DNA of 62,509 nt from Roseiarcus sp. (GCA_036521435.1 DATDHT010000056.1:1-62509); one strand, 5' to 3'. Counted from the stretch's first letter, positions 8,683 to 18,093 are shown. Made by a program: numbers and translations. The notes: generated from the sequence alone by a model not told the origin.

Positions 8683-9576
8683 TCAGTAGCGCCAGCGCTG
8701 CGCGCTGCTGATCAGAAAGTCGCGGAAGGCATGAACCCGCGCGACGTTCTTGAGCTCCTCGGTGTAGACCAGGAAGCAGTCCATCTCCGGCATGTCCGCC
8801 TGCGGCAGCAGACGGACAAGCCCCGATTCTGGCTGCACGCAATAATCGGGTAAGACGGCGATGCCCACGCCGTGTTCGACCGCATGAGTCATCGCAGCCA
8901 GATTGTTGACCGTGATTTGCGGTGCCCGCGGAGACTTTGGGTCGCGGCCCAACCTCAGAAGCGAGTTGAGATCGTACAAGAGATGCGTCGCCGTCGGCGC
9001 GCCGAAAGCGACCAGATGGTGTTGATCGAGATCCTCGACCTTGCGCGGTTGCGGGCGCCGTCGCAGATAGTCGGCCGAGGCGTAAGCATGGAAATGCACG
9101 GTGAATAGCCGCCGCCGAATTAAGTCCGGCTGAATCGGTTCGCGCAGCCTGAGCGCGACGTCCGCTTCGCGCATCCCCAGGTCGAGGTCATCGTCCGACA
9201 ACAGCAACTGGAGCTTGATCTCCGGATAGAGATCCACGAACTCGCCGAGGCGCGGGGCTAGCCAGTTGGCGCCGAGGCCCAATGTCGTCGTGACCCGCAA
9301 TTCGCCGTGCGGCTTCTCCCGGCTGTCGATGAGTCGGCTGCGCACGGCGTCGAGTTTAAGAACCACGTCGCGCACGGCGCCGAGCAGCATTTCGCCCTGT
9401 TCGGTCAGAATGAGGCCGCGGGCGTGGCGGTGAAACAGCGGCGCGCCAAGGTCGGCCTCCAGCGCACCGACCTGACGACTTATCGCCGACTGGCTGAGAC
9501 CCAGCGTCTCGCCGGCATGGGTGAACGACCCGGCGTCGGCGGCCGCCTGGAAGACGCGCAACTTATCCCAGTCCAT
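8683..9576 (-). CDS. vtlR: LysR-family regulator, probable VtlR/LsrB orthologue
   Basis: MDWDKLRVFQAAADAGSFTHAG HTH, LFHRHARGLILTEQGE, C-terminal FRDFL...AQRWRY. Lies downstream of trxB, as lsrB/vtlR do in rhizobia and Brucella. Confidence 0.8.
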   Translation of the reverse strand: MDWDKLRVFQAAADAGSFTHAGETLGLSQSAISRQVGALEADLGAPLFHRHARGLILTEQGEMLLGAVRDVVLKLDAVRSRLIDSREKPHGELRVTTTLGLGANWLAPRLGEFVDLYPEIKLQLLLSDDDLDLGMREADVALRLREPIQPDLIRRRLFTVHFHAYASADYLRRRPQPRKVEDLDQHHLVAFGAPTATHLLYDLNSLLRLGRDPKSPRAPQITVNNLAAMTHAVEHGVGIAVLPDYCVQPESGLVRLLPQADMPEMDCFLVYTEELKNVARVHAFRDFLISSAQRWRY

Positions 9577-9650
9577 GAACGTTTCCCCGGCCCCACGGGG
9601 CCATTAAGATTTCGCTTACTTATTTGCCGGACGCCGTCGCCGGCACATCT

Positions 9651-10622
9651 TTATTCGGCCGCTGCCCGCTTGGGTTCTTCGGCGGCGAGCCAGCGCTCGG
9701 CCTCAAGCGCCGCCATGCAGCCGAGACCGGCGGCCGTGACCGCCTGACGGAACACGTCGTCCGCAACGTCGCCGGCAGCGAACACGCCCTCGACGCTGGT
9801 CGCGGTCGACCCGGGCGCGGTCTGAACATAACCATTCGATTTCAGCGCCACTTGGCCGCGCACCAGCTCGGAGGCGGGCTCATGGCCGATCGCTACGAAG
9901 ACGCCATCGACCGTAAGATCGTCGAGCGCGCCGTTCACCACGTTCCGCAACCGGATGGCGGTTACGCCTCGTGGCGGCGGTTCCCCCAGAATGGACTCGA
10001 CGGCGGTATTCCAGCGGATCGAGACGTTGTGGCGGGAGGCCAGACGTTCGCTCAGGATTTTCTCCGCCCGGAACGAGTCGCGGCGATGGACCACGGTGAC
10101 GTGGGCGGCGAGGTTCGAGAGGTGCAGCGCCTCCTCGACCGCGGTATTGCCGCCCCCGATCACCGCCACCGTCTTGCCGCGGAAAAAGAAGCCGTCGCAG
10201 GTCGCGCAGGCCGAGACGCCAAAGCCCTTGAACGCCTCTTCGCTCGCGAGCCCCAGATATTTGGCCTTCGCGCCGGTCGCAAGAACAATCGCCTCAGCGG
10301 CGAAGGTGCGACCGCTGTCGCACCGGATGATGAACGGCCGGTGTCCGAGTTCGAGCGCGACCACATATTCACTCTCGATCCGTGCGCCTACGTGATCGGC
10401 TTGCGCCCGCATTTGCTCCATCAGCCAGGGGCCCTGGATCGGGTCGGCGAATCCAGGATAATTCTCCACGTCCGTGGTGGTCATCAACTGGCCGCCCTGC
10501 TCGAAGCCGGCCAGAACGAGGGGCTTCAACAAAGCGCGCGCGGCGTAAATCGCCGCCGTATAGGCGGCCGGCCCCGAGCCGATGATAACAAGGCGCTCAT
10601 GCTCAATTCTGGACGAGGACAA
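9651..10622 (-). CDS. trxB: Thioredoxin-disulfide reductase
   Basis: GSGPAAYTAAIY, CATCDGFF, GGGNTAVEEAL, HRRDSFRAE, GDVADDVFRQAVTAAG. Confidence 0.97.
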   Translation of the reverse strand: MSSSRIEHERLVIIGSGPAAYTAAIYAARALLKPLVLAGFEQGGQLMTTTDVENYPGFADPIQGPWLMEQMRAQADHVGARIESEYVVALELGHRPFIIRCDSGRTFAAEAIVLATGAKAKYLGLASEEAFKGFGVSACATCDGFFFRGKTVAVIGGGNTAVEEALHLSNLAAHVTVVHRRDSFRAEKILSERLASRHNVSIRWNTAVESILGEPPPRGVTAIRLRNVVNGALDDLTVDGVFVAIGHEPASELVRGQVALKSNGYVQTAPGSTATSVEGVFAAGDVADDVFRQAVTAAGLGCMAALEAERWLAAEEPKRAAAE

Positions 10623-10686
10623 CTCGACCCCCCAGTGGTGTCGCCGCTCAACGCGCCCATTTCCTGGGTTACGGCAGCCTCGCTCT

Positions 10687-10714
10687 TATATGGGGGCGAA
10701 GGTTCAGCTACAAC
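10687..10714 (-). promoter_or_regulatory. Putative RpoH-type promoter of trxB
   Basis: Minus strand GTTGTA-N15-CCATATA, with CCCCCATAT in the -10 region. Confidence 0.45.
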
Positions 10715-10778
10715 GGCGGCTCAAGCTAAAAAGCCTGCCTTCGGTGGTGCTAGACGAATACCAACAAGGCGACTCCGC

Positions 10779-11042
10779 TCAATCGGCGGACGGCAACCGG
10801 CGGATGACAAACTCGATCTGGTCGCCGGCGACCTCGCGCCAGGATTCGATCTCCGTCATGTAGGCCGCTTTGGGGAAGCGCTCGAACCATTCGCGCGCCT
10901 TGGCGCGCGCTTCGTCGCGCGGCAGGCAAAAGGTCTCGTGCCGCCAGGCGTCCTCTGCGGCGGCCGCGTGGGAACGCCTCCTGCGCCGACTGGCGGCGCG
11001 CTCGGCGAGATCGATCGGCTTTCTGGTCCCACTCGCCATCAA
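10779..11042 (-). CDS. Small hypothetical protein
   Basis: 87 aa, co-oriented with its neighbours, protein-like C-terminus (AREWFERFPKAAYMTEIESWRE...IEFVIRRLPSAD). Confidence 0.75.
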   Translation of the reverse strand: MMASGTRKPIDLAERAASRRRRRSHAAAAEDAWRHETFCLPRDEARAKAREWFERFPKAAYMTEIESWREVAGDQIEFVIRRLPSAD

Positions 11043-11064
11043 GAGCCCTCTTCCGGGCTGCAGG

Positions 11065-12039
11065 TTAGCGCGATTTCTGCCCAGTGGGGAACCGGGAATT
11101 GTGTGGAGTTAGTTTAGGGTTAGCGCCAGGCAGGGCACGGGGCAGGCGCCCGTCAATGAAGGCAAGCCCGATCGCGATCAGCCCGAAGCCGAGAAACTGC
11201 CGCTCGAGCAGCCGTTCATGTAGAAACAGCGCGCCGAGGACCACCGAGGTCGCGGGCGCAAGAAGGGTCACCAGCAGCACATTGGTCGCGCCCGCGCCGG
11301 ATAGAATGCGGAAATAGATGACATAGGCCAGCGCCGTGCAAAATGCGGCGATCGCAAATACCGACGCGACCACTGCCACGCTCGGGACCGGGAGTGACCA
11401 GGGCTGGTCCACGAAGAGCGCGAGGGGGAAAAGATAGATCGCGCCCGCCGTCGCCTGTCCGGTGGCGACGTCGATGGGTTCAAGCCCGAGAGCGCGGACG
11501 CGCCTTGCGAATACGGCCGACACGGCATAACTCAGCGCCGCCAAGAGCACCGCGCCTTCCGCCCACGCGTTGACCCCCGCTTTGCCCCAGAGCAGGTCCG
11601 GTCCGATAACCCAGGCGACGCCGACCATTCCGGCGGCGGTCCCGACGATCTTGAAACGGCTCAGCTTTTCCTCGGCCGTAAAGACATGGGCGACGAGCAC
11701 AGCGAAGAGCGGCGTCGCCGCGTTGAGGATCGAAGCGAGGCCAGCTGCCAGATGGGTCTGCCCCCAGGCGATCAAGGCAAAGGGCAGGGCGTTGTTGCCC
11801 AGTCCGAGCAGCGCGAGAGCGGCCAGAGCCTTGCGGCTCTTCGGTAGCCTGGCGCCGGTCAGCGGAGCGCTCGCCCACAGGATGAGAGCTGCGAGGCCAA
11901 CCCTTAAGCCCGCCAGGGTCAAGGGCGGCAGCTCCTTCACGGCAACGCCAATGAAGAAGAACGACCCGCCCCACAACAGGGACAGAAGAGCCAGAAGGCC
12001 CCATTCCCGCGCCGTCATCGCGCGCTGCGCGACCGCCAT
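11065..12039 (-). CDS. DMT/EamA family transporter
   Basis: LWGGSFFF, ASILNAATPLF, about 10 hydrophobic segments, LFLHERL. Confidence 0.92.
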   Translation of the reverse strand: MAVAQRAMTAREWGLLALLSLLWGGSFFFIGVAVKELPPLTLAGLRVGLAALILWASAPLTGARLPKSRKALAALALLGLGNNALPFALIAWGQTHLAAGLASILNAATPLFAVLVAHVFTAEEKLSRFKIVGTAAGMVGVAWVIGPDLLWGKAGVNAWAEGAVLLAALSYAVSAVFARRVRALGLEPIDVATGQATAGAIYLFPLALFVDQPWSLPVPSVAVVASVFAIAAFCTALAYVIYFRILSGAGATNVLLVTLLAPATSVVLGALFLHERLLERQFLGFGLIAIGLAFIDGRLPRALPGANPKLTPHNSRFPTGQKSR

Positions 12040-12120
12040 TGCAGCCTCTCAAACGCCTGCCTCGGCTGCGGCTTAGCAGCGGACCCGTGGCCCGTCCGCC
12101 CGATTCCTGCTGTCCAATTC

Positions 12121-13635
12121 TCAGCCGCGCGCGACCGGCGGAAAGCGGGCGCTTCGTTCGAGGTCGTCAAGGTCCATCGAATTGCGGACGTATTGACGAG
12201 ACGCCTTCTGGAACGGCTGGAAATCCCACGCCTGCACTTCGCCCCTGTTGAGCGCGGCGCCGACGAGACGGCGCCGGCTCTGGCTATCGCGAATCCGCGC
12301 ATCCAACTCGGCCATGTCCCAGCGCTTTCCAACCTCCGCGCGAAAATCAGCGACGACTCCAGCGCATGACGGACCCTCCGCCAGATTGCCGCGCTCGTGC
12401 GGGTCGCGGGTGAGGTCGAACAGCTGGTCCGGGTCGACAGGCGAGTGGATGAACTTGTACGCGCCGCGGCGGATCATCACGAGCGGCGCGATTGCGCCTT
12501 CGGCAAGATATTCGCCGATCGCTTCATCATGTCCTCCGGCGCCGCGGAGATGAGGCGCGAGGCTCTGCCCGTCGACGCCGATTCCGAGCGATTGTGTACT
12601 CCCCCCGGCGAGGTCGATGAGCGTCGGCATGAGATCGACGAGCGAGACGCTGGAGGCGACGCGGCGCGGCGCGAAGCGGCCGGGACTGGCGACAACGAGG
12701 GGCACGCGGGCCGCGCCCTCGAGGAAGCTCATCTTGTACCAGAGGCCCCGCTCGCCCAGCATCTCGCCGTGATCACTCGTAAGAATGACGATCGTATCCT
12801 CGGCCAAGGCGGCCGAACGCAGCGCCGCCATCAGCCGGCCGAGCAGGTCGTCGACATAGGCAATCGCGCCGTAATAGGCGCGTCGCGCCGCGCGCACCTG
12901 AGGCTCTGTCACCGGTTCGGCGTCCATCGCGCAAACGTGGCGCAGGCGCTGCGAATGTGCGTCGAGCGCGTTCCCGGGCGCCGGCATGTCGATGTCCTCG
13001 TCGCGGTAGAGATCCCAGTAGCGCTGCGGCACGGCGAACGGATCATGCGGATGCGAGAACGAAGCGACCAGCAGGAACGGTCGTTGATCTTTCGATCGGG
13101 CGAGATCGAAGATCGCCCGCTCCGCCATGAACGCCGTCTCATCGTCGAAATCGAGCTGATTCGAGCGCACGCACAAACCCGCGTCTCGAACCGAACTCAT
13201 GTTGTGATACCAGCTCGGACGGTAGTCGGGGCGATCCCAGTCCGGCGTCCAGTTGAAGTCGGCGGGATAGATGTCGGTTGTCAGCCGCTGCTCGAACCCG
13301 TGCAACTGATCGGGTCCGCAGAAGTGCATCTTGCCCGAGAGAATGGTTCGATAGTCGCGAAGCCTGAGAGCGTGAGCGAAGGTTGGAATGTCGGCCGCGA
13401 ACTCAGACGCATTGTCGTAGACTCGTGTGCGTGCCGGCAAAAGGCCGGACATGAACGAGGCGCGCGACGGCGCACACAAGGGACTCGCGCAATAGGCGCT
13501 GTCGAACACGATTCCGTCTCGCGCGAGCGTTTGCATGTTCGGCGCGCGGACGAGGGAATGACCGTAGATGGGCAGAGCCGCCGGCGCCATCTGGTCGGCC
13601 ATGACGATGAGAATGTTGGGCGCTTTGGCGGTCAT
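12121..13635 (-). CDS. betC: Choline-sulfatase
   Basis: PNILIVMADQ, FGly motif CAPSRAS, GKMHFCGPDQLHGFEQRLTTDIYPADF.WTPDW, DHGEMLGERGLWYKM. Confidence 0.93.
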   Translation of the reverse strand: MTAKAPNILIVMADQMAPAALPIYGHSLVRAPNMQTLARDGIVFDSAYCASPLCAPSRASFMSGLLPARTRVYDNASEFAADIPTFAHALRLRDYRTILSGKMHFCGPDQLHGFEQRLTTDIYPADFNWTPDWDRPDYRPSWYHNMSSVRDAGLCVRSNQLDFDDETAFMAERAIFDLARSKDQRPFLLVASFSHPHDPFAVPQRYWDLYRDEDIDMPAPGNALDAHSQRLRHVCAMDAEPVTEPQVRAARRAYYGAIAYVDDLLGRLMAALRSAALAEDTIVILTSDHGEMLGERGLWYKMSFLEGAARVPLVVASPGRFAPRRVASSVSLVDLMPTLIDLAGGSTQSLGIGVDGQSLAPHLRGAGGHDEAIGEYLAEGAIAPLVMIRRGAYKFIHSPVDPDQLFDLTRDPHERGNLAEGPSCAGVVADFRAEVGKRWDMAELDARIRDSQSRRRLVGAALNRGEVQAWDFQPFQKASRQYVRNSMDLDDLERSARFPPVARG

Positions 13636-13745
13636 TCAGGGATCCTCGTTCGCCCGTCTCTAGCGCGACGTGGCCGCAGGCGCCCTACCTTTTTTGGCTC
13701 CCGCCCCGGGCAAGCCGTCTTGGCTTGTCGACAAGGTTGTGGCAG

Positions 13746-13760
13746 AAACAAACCATGAAC
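13746..13760 (+). promoter_or_regulatory. Putative LexA (SOS) box overlapping the radical-SAM start codon
   Basis: AAAC-AAACCAT-GAAC, one mismatch from the alphaproteobacterial GAAC-N7-GAAC direct repeat. Confidence 0.55.
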
Positions 13761-15005
13761 ATTCAGATCGAGGCAAGCCTTCAGCGGAAGCTGGCTATCC
13801 TTGCGGACGCCGCGAAATACGACGCGTCCTGCGCGTCCTCCGGCGCGGGCGGTCGAAACTCGCGTGATGGCAAAGGGCTCGGATCCACCACGGGCTCAGG
13901 CATCTGCCACGCCTACACTCCCGACGGGCGGTGTGTTTCGCTCCTCAAGGTGCTTCTCACCAATTTCTGCGTCTACGACTGCGCTTTTTGCGTCAATCGC
14001 CTCTCGAGCAACACGCCGCGCGCGCGCTTCAAGGTCGAGGAGGTCGTCGCGCTCACGCTGGGCTTTTATCGCCGCAACATGATCGAGGGATTGTTTCTCT
14101 CGTCGGGCATAGCGAAATCGGAAGACCATACGATGGAGGCGATGGTTCGCGTCGCCGAGACGCTGCGGCGCGACCACGATTTCCGCGGCTACATCCATCT
14201 CAAGGCGATCGCCGGAGCGTCGCAGGACCTGATGGAGCGCGCCGGCCGGGCGGCGGATCGACTGTCGGTGAATGTCGAACTGCCCGTCGACGAGGCGCTC
14301 GTCCGTCTGGCCCCGCAGAAAGACGCCCTCGTCATCCGCAAGGCGATGGGCGGCCTTCGGTTGCGGCTCGACGAAGCGAAAGAAGAGAAACGGAAAACAC
14401 CGCGCGCTCCGCGCTTCGCTCCGGCCGGCCAAAGCACGCAGATGATCATCGGCGCCGACGAGGCGCGCGATCGGGACATCATCGCCCGCTCGGCCTCGCT
14501 CTACGCGTCATACGGCCTCCGGCGCGTCTACTATTCCGCCTTCAGTCCTATTCCTCACGCCTCGCAGAACCTGCCGTTGCAGCGTCCGCCGCTGATGCGC
14601 GAGCATCGTCTTTATCAAGCCGACTGGCTGATGCGCTATTACGGCTTCGCGCCGGAGGAAATCCTCGATGGCGCGAGCGATGGCATGCTCGACCTCGAGC
14701 GCGACCCGAAGCTCGCCTGGGCTTTGCGCAACCGGGCTCTGTTTCCGATCGACGTCAACCGCGCTCCGCGCGAGACGCTCCTGCGCGTGCCTGGCTTGGG
14801 AGCCCGCGTTGTCAAGCGCATCCTGACTGCGCGCCGCCATGTCACGCTGCGGATCGACGATCTCGGCCGTCTCGTCCACTCGCTGGACGCCGTGCGCCCC
14901 TTTGTCTTCACGCCAGACTGGCGGCCAACCGGCCTCATCGACTCTGGTTCGCTTGCGGCTAAGCTTGCGAGTGGCGTCCCACGCCAGCTCGATCTTTTCG
15001 CGTGA
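13755..15005 (+). CDS. Putative DNA modification/repair radical SAM protein (TIGR03916-like) with HhH tail
   Basis: KLAILADAAKYDASCASSG, GICHAYTPDGRCVSLLK, CVYDCAFC (CxxxCxxC), REHRLYQADWL, HhH LLRVPGLG, C-terminal QLDLF. Confidence 0.93.
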   Translation: MNIQIEASLQRKLAILADAAKYDASCASSGAGGRNSRDGKGLGSTTGSGICHAYTPDGRCVSLLKVLLTNFCVYDCAFCVNRLSSNTPRARFKVEEVVALTLGFYRRNMIEGLFLSSGIAKSEDHTMEAMVRVAETLRRDHDFRGYIHLKAIAGASQDLMERAGRAADRLSVNVELPVDEALVRLAPQKDALVIRKAMGGLRLRLDEAKEEKRKTPRAPRFAPAGQSTQMIIGADEARDRDIIARSASLYASYGLRRVYYSAFSPIPHASQNLPLQRPPLMREHRLYQADWLMRYYGFAPEEILDGASDGMLDLERDPKLAWALRNRALFPIDVNRAPRETLLRVPGLGARVVKRILTARRHVTLRIDDLGRLVHSLDAVRPFVFTPDWRPTGLIDSGSLAAKLASGVPRQLDLFA

Positions 15006-15021
15006 ACGGGGCAGGGCGCCC

Positions 15022-16566
15022 GTGAAGATCGTTCGCCTGGAAGGCGAGATCGATTTCGAAGGCTTTCGCCGGGTCGCGCGCGCTGCCGCGGCGAGCAGAG
15101 TGGGGACCGAGGCAATTCGTTTCGTGACGGGGAGCGCGGACAACGAGAACGACCTGTTCTCGGAGCACGAGGCGCCCGAGGTCTCGACGACGGGCGCGCC
15201 GCTGCGCGTGCCGCCCCGGTTCCTCGATCTGGCCGATCTGGTTTGCCGACATCGTGAGCCGACCCGCTACGATCTGCTTTATGCGGCGCTCCTCCGGCTT
15301 CGGGAAACGCCGCGCTTGCTGGAGATCGCCAGCGATCCGCTGGTGCGCCGGCTTGAGGATATGGAGCGCGCGGTGCGGCGCGATCGGCACAAGATGACCG
15401 CCTTCGTCCGCTTTCGCGAAATCGATGCGCCGGACGGGGCGCGCTTCGTCGCCTGGTTTGAGCCCTCGCATTACATCGAAGAACTCACAGCGCCATTTTT
15501 CGTCGACCGCTTCGCTTCAATGCGGTTCGCGATCCTGACCCCCCGGACCTCGATCCTCTGGGATGGAGCTTTGCGCTTCGGCGCCGGCGCACGGCGCGAG
15601 GACGCGCCGCCGCTCGACGACTTCGCCGGCGCGTGGGACGTCTATTATCGCTCGATTTTCAATCCCGCGCGGCTGATGAAGCGGGCGATGCTCAAGGAGA
15701 TGCCGAAGAAATATTGGGCCAATCTCCCTGAAACGCGACAAATCGCCGCCATGTCGTCAGTTGCTCGGCTGCGCGAGGATAAGATGGTCGCCGCGCCGGC
15801 GGCAAGAGCCGAGCACGGCGTCGCAAGAGTCGCCGCGCGCTTCGCCGAGGCCCGCACGCCGCGCGAACCTGCTGACGCCTACGAAGCGCTTCTGCGCGAG
15901 GCGAAAGCCTGTCGTCTCTGTTCCCTTGCCGATTGCGCGACGCAAACGGTGTTCGGTGAAGGTCCGATGCAGGCGCGCGCGATCTTCGTTGGCGAGCAGC
16001 CCGGGGATCAGGAGGATCTTCAAGGTCGTCCCTTTGTCGGGCCTGCGGGCGTACTGCTGCGCTCGGCTTTACGCGACGCGGGCTTCTCGGAAGGTGAGTG
16101 CTACCTCACGAATGCGGTGAAGCACTTCAAGTTCATCCCGCGCGGAAAACGACGCATCCACAAAACCCCTGGCGCGCGCGAGATCGATCACTGCCTCTGG
16201 TGGCTGGACCGTGAACTCGCCCTGGTGGAATCGCCGCTCGTCGTCACGCTGGGCGCGAGCGCGCTTCGCGCTGTCGCGGGACCGTCGGCGCGGCTGGCCG
16301 ACATGCGCGGACGGCCAATCGCGCTGGGCGCGCGGACCTTGCTGCCGACGATCCATCCCGCCTATCTCCTGCGGCTGCCGGACCGGACCGTAAAAGACGC
16401 TGAGACCCGCGCCTTCGCCAATGACCTCAAGCAAGCCGCTTTCCTTAGCCGGAGAGGCTTGCAGGAGAATGACGACCGGCCGCGTATTTCGGAACCCATG
16501 ACTCCCTTGAGCAGGTCAATGATCAGCGCCGCTCTTGACCGCGCAAAAGACTACTGCAAGATGTAA
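15022..16566 (+). CDS. DUF4130 (TIGR03915-like) domain fused to a UdgX-family uracil-DNA glycosylase/binding domain
   Basis: N-half: RDRHKMTAFVRF, WFEP.H, W..YY.SIFNPAR...M..EMPKKYW.NLPE. C-half: CRLC, GEQPGDQED, NAVKHFKF, UdgX signature KRRIH, HPAYLLR. GTG start 17 nt after the upstream stop. Confidence 0.92.
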   Translation: MKIVRLEGEIDFEGFRRVARAAAASRVGTEAIRFVTGSADNENDLFSEHEAPEVSTTGAPLRVPPRFLDLADLVCRHREPTRYDLLYAALLRLRETPRLLEIASDPLVRRLEDMERAVRRDRHKMTAFVRFREIDAPDGARFVAWFEPSHYIEELTAPFFVDRFASMRFAILTPRTSILWDGALRFGAGARREDAPPLDDFAGAWDVYYRSIFNPARLMKRAMLKEMPKKYWANLPETRQIAAMSSVARLREDKMVAAPAARAEHGVARVAARFAEARTPREPADAYEALLREAKACRLCSLADCATQTVFGEGPMQARAIFVGEQPGDQEDLQGRPFVGPAGVLLRSALRDAGFSEGECYLTNAVKHFKFIPRGKRRIHKTPGAREIDHCLWWLDRELALVESPLVVTLGASALRAVAGPSARLADMRGRPIALGARTLLPTIHPAYLLRLPDRTVKDAETRAFANDLKQAAFLSRRGLQENDDRPRISEPMTPLSRSMISAALDRAKDYCKM

Positions 16567-16779
16567 TATATGCTTATCCTACGTATTGCTGCATTGTTGA
16601 GAGTTGCAAAAAAATGAGCCTAAGCCTTTGAAAACAGGGAGTCTCGCGCAGAATTGCACGCCGTTCCTCAGAGCGTTGGCGGACTTCACCTAGGGCTCCG
16701 ATTGCGCCATGCCGGCGTCCTCGGTAGAGCAGGCGTGAATGCTGTTCCTCCCGCACAGGAAAACTCCGGCCAGAGATCG

Positions 16780-18027
16780 ATGACCCAGTTTTTCCGATTC
16801 CCGCGCGCCTACCGGTTGAAGCCCGTCGGTGAAAGGGAGGAGGACGCGCTTTCCCTGGTCACGATCGGAGCCAGCAACCAAAGCGTTCTGGCGCCGTATT
16901 CGCCGAAACTCGAATACATCGTTGTCTCACGCGAGGCGAAGGCGCTTCCAATCGAGAGCCGCGACTTTCGCGCTGAAGCGCTGGGGCCGCTGGCGTCCCT
17001 CTGGGCGCGGCTGCGTCTGGTGTTCTTCTTCAGAAAGAAGAAGGTCCTGAAATACGATGAGTTCTCCCTCTTCTCCGTCGGGCCAAAAGCTGAACGCAAG
17101 CGCTTCACCCGATACAACCAGGATTGGATAAACATCGGCGTTACTGTCGATAGCGACCTTGCCGCCAAGCATCCGGAACTTCTCTATGGGTGGCCGGCCG
17201 AAGTGGGTCCGGCCCAAGTCACGGATCGGCCTGCGGTCGTACCGGTCGCGATCATTGCCCACATCTACTACGAAGACACTTGGTCCGACATTGCGGGTGC
17301 GCTTCGAGCCCTGACAATTCCTTTCGATCTCATCGTCACGACCGTTGCAGGTCGCGAACATTTGATCGAAACGATCCGACGCAGCTATCCTGCCGCCAAG
17401 ATCGAGATCATGGAGAACCGTGGCCGCGATATCGGCCCGTTCCTGACCCTGCTTGAACGGGGCCGGCTCGATGGCTACCGCTACATCTGCAAGATCCACG
17501 GCAAGAAATCGATCGACGGCGGCCGCAAGTTATATACCGGCGAGATGTGGCGGCGACGGCTGCTGTTTGATCTCATAGGCGCGCCGGGCGCCGCAAACGC
17601 CGCCATCGACATGTTCGAGCGCGACCTGTCGGTTGGGATGATCGGCGCGAAAGTGTTCCGATTGCCGAAAGCTGGTTATTCCGAGGATCTCTCCTGGGCG
17701 GCCAATCGGCCCATGACGTTGAAGATCGCCGAGCGGATGGGGATGCCGGCCGACAAGTTCCAGCTCGATTTTTTTGGCGGGACAATGTTCTGGGTTCGCC
17801 CGGAGGCGTTGAAGCCGCTGAGGGACCTGCATCTTGCCGCCGACATGCCTTACGAGGGCGGGCTGATCGATGGCGACCTGCCGCACGCGCTTGAACGCGT
17901 CTTGCCGACTTCGGTTTTGGTGGCGGGCTATAAGCTTGCCGACAGCGAGAGTTACGAGGCGCTTCAAGACCGCGGGGGAGCGACCGGGATTGCATGCGAC
18001 CCGCTAGGCGCATCAGTTCGCGCCTGA
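16780..18027 (+). CDS. Rhamnan synthesis protein F (RgpF)-family protein
   Basis: AHIYYED.W, ENRGRDIGPF, CKIHGKKS, FFGGTMFWVR, HALER. Confidence 0.85.
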   Translation: MTQFFRFPRAYRLKPVGEREEDALSLVTIGASNQSVLAPYSPKLEYIVVSREAKALPIESRDFRAEALGPLASLWARLRLVFFFRKKKVLKYDEFSLFSVGPKAERKRFTRYNQDWINIGVTVDSDLAAKHPELLYGWPAEVGPAQVTDRPAVVPVAIIAHIYYEDTWSDIAGALRALTIPFDLIVTTVAGREHLIETIRRSYPAAKIEIMENRGRDIGPFLTLLERGRLDGYRYICKIHGKKSIDGGRKLYTGEMWRRRLLFDLIGAPGAANAAIDMFERDLSVGMIGAKVFRLPKAGYSEDLSWAANRPMTLKIAERMGMPADKFQLDFFGGTMFWVRPEALKPLRDLHLAADMPYEGGLIDGDLPHALERVLPTSVLVAGYKLADSESYEALQDRGGATGIACDPLGASVRA

Positions 18028-18093
18028 ACGGCCTCGTACGAGGCTCGGACCATTTCTCTGCCGCCTCTCAACGTCCTTGTGTATGACCACCAC

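Noticed and set aside
9624-11117. Long antisense or alternate-frame ORFs (also 155-1126, 12397-13758, 13931-14962, 18627-19928, 41423-42379 and others)
   Set aside because: They are shadows of well-supported genes, expected in high-GC DNA with few stop codons, and carry no recognisable motifs.
1758-16566. Functional link between dcd (dUTP production) and the UdgX operon
   Set aside because: They are over 10 kb apart with unrelated genes between, and metZ/dcd divergence is an ordinary arrangement.
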